A model generated the notes under the pieces. It was not told the origin of the DNA. It saw only the letters and a list, made by a program, of their open reading frames with translations, and did no database searches. A stretch of 64,000 nt of DNA from Myxococcota bacterium (GTDB taxonomy: Bacteria > Myxococcota_A > Bradymonadia > UBA7976 > UBA1532), in contig JAYZEG010000037.1 in NCBI GenBank assembly GCA_036337435.1, positions 97,590 to 161,589 on the forward strand. The letters are read 5' to 3'. Positions 58,531 through 64,000 of the stretch are shown here, piece after piece. Every line of letters begins with the position of its first letter. Within the stretch, counting starts at the first letter, position 1. A program made the translations under genes and the position numbers.

Positions 58531-59907
58531 ATGGCAGGTGGACGCATTCTCATCGCTGATGACGAAGAAGACATTCGATTCATGCTCCGACTTCATCTCG
58601 AACGGGCCGGGTACACTGTGTTCGAGGTCGAGAATGGACAAGAGGCCTTCGCTCGCTTAACGAACGAGGCATTCGATTGCATCTTATGCGATCTGGTTAT
58701 GCCAGAAATGAATGGACTCGATGTCCTGGCCGAACTGGCAAGCCTATCCAATAAAATCCCTTTCATTTTGATGAGTGCGCACGCCGATATCGATATCGCG
58801 TTACAGGCGATAAACAGTGGTGCCGTCGATTACATTGCTAAGCCATTTCGAGCGGAAGAAGTGCTCTTCCGCATTCGGAGAGCCATCGAACAGCGACAGC
58901 TGTCTCAACGCTTGGAGAATTTGGAAGATGTACTCGAAGATCGGACTGGATACGCGGGGATTGTCGCCAAGTCAGCTTCGATGCAGGCGGTGTTCAGAAC
59001 CATCTCAAAAGTAAAGGATTTTCAAACGACGGTTTTGATCACCGGTGAAAGCGGGACGGGGAAGGAACTGGTCGCTAAAGCACTTCATTACCAAGGACAG
59101 CGTCAATCTGAACCCTTCATCGCAGTCAACTGCGGAGCCATTCCTGAAGCACTCCTGGAGAGCGAATTATTCGGGCACGTGCGAGGTGCTTTTACAGACG
59201 CGAATCGGGATCGAGCTGGTTTATTTCAAGAGGCCAACAAGGGGACGCTTTTTTTGGATGAGGTGGGAGAACTCCCGCTGCAATTACAGGTTAAATTACT
59301 GCGGGTAGTCCAAGAGCGTGAAATCCGACCGGTTGGCGGTAGCCGAGCGATCCCCGTCGACGTTCGCGTCGTCGCAGCAACGGTCCGCGATTTAGCTGCC
59401 GATGTCAGGGCCGGCCAGTTTCGACAGGACTTATATTACCGACTCAATGTCCTCCCGATCCATTTGCCCCCACTGCGCGAACGGCCTGCCGACATTCCGC
59501 TCTTGGTGCAACATTTTTTAAATAAATTGGGTCCCGAGTTGAATCCAAACTTGACGGGCGTCGAGCCGGACGCACTGAAATTACTCGTTCAATATGGATG
59601 GCCAGGCAATGTACGAGAATTGGAAAATGTCGTAGAAAGGACCTTGGTATTGGCCGACGGCAGCACATTGCAAACTGATGACCTTCCCGGACAAATAAGA
59701 AAAAATGAAAGCCCACTCAAACGCCACATTTCCGATCACAATCTGAGTATTAAACAGACGGTTCGCTTCGTCGAACAAGAGTTGATCACGCGAGCATTGG
59801 AGAAGACGAGCGGCAACCGGACGAAGGCAGCACAAATTCTTGAGATCTCGCACCGTGCACTCCTCTACAAAATCAAAGAATACGGATTAAATAAAGTTGG
59901 GAAATAG
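58531..59907 (+). CDS. Sigma54-dependent response regulator (REC-AAA+-Fis HTH), positionally PilR2-like
   Basis: DD/D/K receiver residues, GESGTGKE, ESELFGH..GAFTDA, LFLDEVG, FRQDLYYRL, WPGNVRELEN and HTH NRTKAA..L.IS. Confidence 0.92.
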   Translation: MAGGRILIADDEEDIRFMLRLHLERAGYTVFEVENGQEAFARLTNEAFDCILCDLVMPEMNGLDVLAELASLSNKIPFILMSAHADIDIALQAINSGAVDYIAKPFRAEEVLFRIRRAIEQRQLSQRLENLEDVLEDRTGYAGIVAKSASMQAVFRTISKVKDFQTTVLITGESGTGKELVAKALHYQGQRQSEPFIAVNCGAIPEALLESELFGHVRGAFTDANRDRAGLFQEANKGTLFLDEVGELPLQLQVKLLRVVQEREIRPVGGSRAIPVDVRVVAATVRDLAADVRAGQFRQDLYYRLNVLPIHLPPLRERPADIPLLVQHFLNKLGPELNPNLTGVEPDALKLLVQYGWPGNVRELENVVERTLVLADGSTLQTDDLPGQIRKNESPLKRHISDHNLSIKQTVRFVEQELITRALEKTSGNRTKAAQILEISHRALLYKIKEYGLNKVGK

Positions 59908-59978
59908 CTCTCATTGGGGCTCATTTTATGGGTCTTTAGTGAGAGGTGATCTGATTTTAAACTAATGCACTTTGATTT

Positions 59979-60026
59979 TGTACGACATTGTCGTACACTG
60001 GAATACAAGGTGCTTGGTCATGACCA
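59979..60026 (+). promoter_or_regulatory. Two perfect palindromes flanking a candidate sigma54 (-24/-12) element upstream of pilM
   Basis: TGTACGACA-T-TGTCGTACA (59979-59997), CTGG-AATACAAGGT-GCTT (GG 60000-60001, GC 60012-60013) and TGGTCATGACCA (60015-60026). Confidence 0.5.
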
Positions 60027-60237
60027 CGCAAAGGCTTTTCGGGGGCTATTCCAAGTCGAATAATTTTTAATTATCGAGGCGAATCCAGATATTTACTGGC
60101 CAAACGAAGGCATATCGCAATAAATCGTAGAGTAGTTGTCTAAAATGGGTCTATAAGGCCTTGACCCATAGACACGGCTAGTCAAATATCGGAGACGACC
60201 AAAAGGCATCGCTAAGAGCGATGGGAGAAACCGTCAA

Positions 60238-61290
60238 ATGGCCAGAAGAAAAAACGCGCTCGGACTCGATATCGGTTCGAGTTCAATTAAGTTGGTCCAG
60301 CTTCGCGAGACGAAGAAAGGGATCCACTTGGTCAATCTCTCCGTGGCCAATTTGCCACCCGAAGCGATCGTTGATGGTGCTTTGATGAACTCCAGCGTGA
60401 TCGTGGAGACCATTCGGGAAATGACTGAAAAACTGAAACTGAAGGCGAAAGAAGTCGCCCTGTCAATCAGTGGTCATTCGGTCATCATCAAGAAAATTGG
60501 ATTGCCTGCCATGACCCAAGACGAGCTCGATGAGTCCATCAAATGGGAAGCAGAGCAGTACATTCCCTTCGACGTGAACGATGTCTACCTGGACTACCAA
60601 GTGCTTCAGTCGCGGCCCGAGCAGGGCCAAATGGATGTCTTGTTGGTGGCAGCGAAGCGAGAAATGGTCGACGAATATGCAGGGATCGCTCGGGATGCCG
60701 GGCTTGAGCCGGTTGTCGTCGATGTGGATTGCTTTACGATTCAAAATACTTTTGAGACAGGATATGGATTCCCGCCGGGCGAAACCATCGTCTTGATCGA
60801 TATCGGGGCTGCCATGATCAGCATCAATATCGTCGCCAATGGCATGACGACGTTTACGCGCGACATCAACATGGGTGGCAACCAGTATACGGAGGAACTC
60901 AGAAAGCGGCTCGGGATTTCCCATGACCAAGCTGAGTCATACAAGACCGGTGGCCAGAATGCAGACGGCGTGGTGCCGCAGGAAGTGGACCGAATTCTCG
61001 CATCCGTGAGCGAAAATCTAGCAAATGAACTTCACAGATCACTGGATTTTTACCTGGCAACATCATCGGAGGGTCGAGTCTCTCGCATCTATTTGTCGGG
61101 TGGCACAGCACAAGTCAGTTCACTCGCACCAACCATCGAAAGCCGAGTGGGCGTTCCGGTCGAACTCTTAGATCCTTTCAAAGCCATTAACGTCGATACC
61201 AAACAATTCAATCTAGAATTCATCAATCGAATTCGTCCGGGGGCAGCTGTGGCTGTGGGACTCGCTCTGAGAGGACCAAACGACCGATGA
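60238..61290 (+). CDS. pilM: Type IV pilus assembly protein PilM
   Basis: GLDIGSSSIKLV, SISGHSVIIKKI, EAEQYIPF, VLLVAAK, IDIGA and LSGG. Confidence 0.96.
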   Translation: MARRKNALGLDIGSSSIKLVQLRETKKGIHLVNLSVANLPPEAIVDGALMNSSVIVETIREMTEKLKLKAKEVALSISGHSVIIKKIGLPAMTQDELDESIKWEAEQYIPFDVNDVYLDYQVLQSRPEQGQMDVLLVAAKREMVDEYAGIARDAGLEPVVVDVDCFTIQNTFETGYGFPPGETIVLIDIGAAMISINIVANGMTTFTRDINMGGNQYTEELRKRLGISHDQAESYKTGGQNADGVVPQEVDRILASVSENLANELHRSLDFYLATSSEGRVSRIYLSGGTAQVSSLAPTIESRVGVPVELLDPFKAINVDTKQFNLEFINRIRPGAAVAVGLALRGPNDR

Positions 61291-61961
61291 TTCGAATTAA
61301 TCTACTCCCAATCCGCGAGGCGGAGCGACAAAAGAGCGGCCGACAGTTTCTGCTTTTGGCACTCATTCTATTGATGGGACAATGCGCATTCCTGTTCATT
61401 ATCTACGGAGATACTGAGCAGGAATTAAAGAACGTTAAGAAGCGTAACAGTGAACTCAGCCGAACGCTTAAAAACCTGCAGAAACGAACACAGGCTGTAA
61501 CCAAGCTTAAAGCAGAGCAAAAAGAACTTGAACGGCAGAAGACTGTTTTAAACGGCCTTGTCGAAGGCCAGAGCGGACCTGTCAAGATGTTGAACGAGCT
61601 CTCGATGATCTTAACGCCGATTGACGATCCAAAAGCCAAGCTCCGTGTCCGTTCACGGGGCTGGAATCCTGATTGGGATCCCAAACGGGTCTGGGTCGAC
61701 AAGTTCGAAGAGACCAATCGCAAAGTAAAAATCAAAGGTCTTGCGAGAAGCAACGAAGATGTCGCTGAATTTTTAAAGCGTTTGAACACATCTCGACACT
61801 TTGTGAACGTAGAAATCAATTTTTCGTCGGCCACTCAAGTGCGTGAACTCGGCGATGCAACTTTTTACCAATTCGAATTTGCTGGTCTGGTGATTTACGG
61901 TGCCGCCGATATCAAGTTGCTGGCCGAGGGTAAACTTGGCGAGTTGGATAAATCCAAGTAA
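61287..61961 (+). CDS. pilN: Type IV pilus assembly protein PilN
   Basis: MIRINLLP motif, TM segment, coiled coil and I.GLA.SNEDVAEF..RL..S.HF. Confidence 0.93.
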   Translation: MIRINLLPIREAERQKSGRQFLLLALILLMGQCAFLFIIYGDTEQELKNVKKRNSELSRTLKNLQKRTQAVTKLKAEQKELERQKTVLNGLVEGQSGPVKMLNELSMILTPIDDPKAKLRVRSRGWNPDWDPKRVWVDKFEETNRKVKIKGLARSNEDVAEFLKRLNTSRHFVNVEINFSSATQVRELGDATFYQFEFAGLVIYGAADIKLLAEGKLGELDKSK

Positions 61962-61994
61962 GTGTCTGGGTGGATTAAAGGAAAGTAGAGCAAT

Positions 61995-62612
61995 ATGGCA
62001 AGCTCATTAGATAAACTAGCTGCAGCACCCACGTCGAGCAAGGTCTTGGTCTTAGCCATGATGCTTGGTGTTGTCGGTGCAGGTTGGTGGACTCTATACT
62101 TCAGCGAATTGACGGACAAGTTGGGTAAGGCAGAGAAGAATACGCCCAAACTCACCAAAAAGGTAGCCAAAGAGAAAGCTGCACTAAAAGAGTTGACTAA
62201 ATATCAAGATCTCATTGACAAGCTTAGGGTCGAGCGCAATCGAATGCGTGACCGGCTTCCCGAAAAGCCGGCGATTTCCATGCTCTTAGAGCAGATTCAC
62301 AGTCAAGCGAAGATCGTCGGTTTATCCGTGGAACGGTTTGAGCGAAACAAGACGAAAAAAGAAGAGTTGTATGCCCGCATTCCCGTCAAAATGGAATTGA
62401 CGGGGACGTTCCATGAGGTCGCGACATTCTTCTATTATCTAGGACGGCTGACGCGGCTTGTGAATGTCCAGGATATTGAGTTGAAGACGCTCGGCCGCAA
62501 AGAGAATGCCGATGGTTCTATCGACCACAGAATTGCGGCGAACTGCTCGGCGACCACGTTTATGTACATCGCGCCGAACGCAGGTGCACCCGCAGGTGGA
62601 GCCGCCCAATGA
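61995..62612 (+). CDS. pilO: Type IV pilus assembly protein PilO
   Basis: TM segment, coiled coil, LP....I..LL, YARIPV.M.L.GTFH...FF and RLVNV.DI. Confidence 0.93.
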   Translation: MASSLDKLAAAPTSSKVLVLAMMLGVVGAGWWTLYFSELTDKLGKAEKNTPKLTKKVAKEKAALKELTKYQDLIDKLRVERNRMRDRLPEKPAISMLLEQIHSQAKIVGLSVERFERNKTKKEELYARIPVKMELTGTFHEVATFFYYLGRLTRLVNVQDIELKTLGRKENADGSIDHRIAANCSATTFMYIAPNAGAPAGGAAQ

Positions 62613-63217
62613 AACGGACTGTGCGAAAAACCACTGCGCCGCTCATGATGCTACTCATGTTATTGCCGCTTGAGTTCATGGGCTGCGGCGGCAGTGAGAG
62701 CAGTGGGAATCAGATACGCAGACGTCGTAGTAATGCCAAGCCAGCGGCAAAGCGCGTTATTACGGAAAAGACAGACCTCGACATGTCAAAGGTGCCGGCC
62801 CGATTCCGAGAAATCGACTGGTCCAAGTCCGATATCATTTCGTCTCTGATTCGCGGCTCGCGCGACCCGTTCCTTCCACATGTCGAGGATTTGCTCGTCA
62901 AGACTGAGGACACAGCGGACGAGGAAACAACTGAGATTACATCGACCATCAATAATGCAGAAGTTGCCGAACTTAAGCTCGTTGCGCTGATTACTGGGAC
63001 GGCCGTGCACAAGGCGATGGTAGAAGACGGCCGCGGCGTCGGTCATATTATTCAAGCCAGTGATGTTGTGGGACGCAAGCTGCCGATGCGTGTCGTGCGG
63101 ATTACGCGAAATGAGATCATTTTTAAGGCCCTGCAAAAACCTGAAGACGATAAAACGCCTTCGGAGATCCGCAAGGTCCTACGTTCACAGGAAGAGTTGC
63201 AGGAGTTGCTACCGTGA
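62609..63217 (+). CDS. pilP: Type IV pilus lipoprotein PilP
   Basis: Lipobox FMGC, RDPF and LKLVALITG.....AMVED..G.GHI. Position in the operon. Confidence 0.85.
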   Translation: MKRTVRKTTAPLMMLLMLLPLEFMGCGGSESSGNQIRRRRSNAKPAAKRVITEKTDLDMSKVPARFREIDWSKSDIISSLIRGSRDPFLPHVEDLLVKTEDTADEETTEITSTINNAEVAELKLVALITGTAVHKAMVEDGRGVGHIIQASDVVGRKLPMRVVRITRNEIIFKALQKPEDDKTPSEIRKVLRSQEELQELLP

Positions 63218-63237
63218 TGAGCCTGAGGGGAACATAC

Positions 63238-64000
63238 ATGGGCAAGACTAGGCCTAGCCGAAGAGCGCGGACGATGCGTTACGCTGTGCCGTTTCTTTTG
63301 ACGTTATTGGCACTCAGTGCCCGAGCCGATGACCGCTCGGTCAATCGACTGAAAACGTTGAAAGTAAACGAACAGGCCAACGCGACAGTGGTTGTCATCG
63401 AAGGGTCCGCCCCCCCGACATTCACTGTTTTCAAGTTGGATAAGCCAACCCGTTTATTCATCGATGTATCCAACGCTGACATCACATCGATCGAAGGCCC
63501 GATCACGGTGGAAAATGGCGTGATCAATGACATCACCCCCCTCCAGTTCACTGATGAATTGGTCCAAATCGGACGCATCGTAGTCGGATTGGAAACTGAT
63601 GCGCTCTACTCCGTCAAAGCGGACAGTAACAAATTGGTCATCACCGTGGACGCAAGCCAACGGCGTTCACGTGATGTTGCCGAGCGCCCGGATAACTCAG
63701 GGGAGATTGCGGCCGCACAGAGTCGGGCAGCGGATGCTGAGACCCGAGCGAAGCAAGCAGAGCAAAGAGCGATTGAAGCCGAAAAACGCGCGTTAGCAGC
63801 AGAAGAAAAGGCCCGTTCAACCGCCAAGACTGCTGAAAAACAGGTGGCTAAAGCCCAAGCGGAAGCGAGAACAGCCGAAGCAACAGCCCGCGCCGCTGAA
63901 GCGAAAGCACTTCGGGCTGCGGAAGTCGCTCGAGAACAGGCTGAGCGTGCCGCAAATAAAGCCAGCGACGCTGAGATTAGAGCACTCAAGCTAGCACAAG
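63238..64000 (+). CDS. pilQ: Probable secretin PilQ N-terminus (signal peptide, AMIN domain, Ala-rich coiled coil), 3'-truncated by window edge
   Basis: Not in the ORF track, but the frame is open from ATG 63238 or 63274 to the window end. AMIN-like V.IEGS..PTFTVFKLDKPTRLFIDV. Follows pilP. The secretin domain itself is not visible. Confidence 0.78.
   Translation, partial: MGKTRPSRRARTMRYAVPFLLTLLALSARADDRSVNRLKTLKVNEQANATVVVIEGSAPPTFTVFKLDKPTRLFIDVSNADITSIEGPITVENGVINDITPLQFTDELVQIGRIVVGLETDALYSVKADSNKLVITVDASQRRSRDVAERPDNSGEIAAAQSRAADAETRAKQAEQRAIEAEKRALAAEEKARSTAKTAEKQVAKAQAEARTAEATARAAEAKALRAAEVAREQAERAANKASDAEIRALKLAQ

Noticed and set aside
1..64000. rRNA, tRNA, IS/transposase, integrase or prophage
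   Set aside because: None recognised. Intergenic spaces are short and no cloverleaf or transposase motifs were seen.

Overview
Densely coding bacterial chromosomal segment that looks like core genome. Gene content and order point to Myxococcota or a related delta-proteobacterial lineage (inference): mfd-PPIase-surA, a sigma54 regulator directly upstream of pilMNOPQ, FHA/TPR and TSP3-OmpA proteins, and many Cys-containing lipoproteins. About 54 CDSs can be supported. They include gloA, a GH31 lipoprotein, a Mesh1-like HD protein, an RpoH-family sigma factor, bolA-grxD, a SNF2 ATPase, a cation-chloride cotransporter, a 2-oxoacid dehydrogenase/lipoate operon (lpdA-E1beta-E2-lipB-lipA) with no E1alpha, def, a eukaryote-like MtnB, a sugar dehydrogenase-diheme cytochrome c fusion, an aminobenzoyl-CoA monooxygenase/reductase, murI-ftsEX-envC-yibQ, mfd and the type IV pilus pilMNOPQ operon. 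I saw no rRNA, tRNA, CRISPR array, IS element or prophage. The best leads are: (i) a coupled FHA-FHA-TM-TPR / TraB-like TSP3-OmpA / two small membrane protein cluster followed by an apparently catalytically dead ceramidase-like lipoprotein; (ii) a stand-alone LeuA/CimA-type regulatory domain; (iii) an APIP-like MtnB; (iv) perfect palindromes flanking a candidate sigma54 promoter upstream of pilM. All family calls come from motifs recognised by eye; no database search was run. Several start codons were moved from the supplied ORF track.
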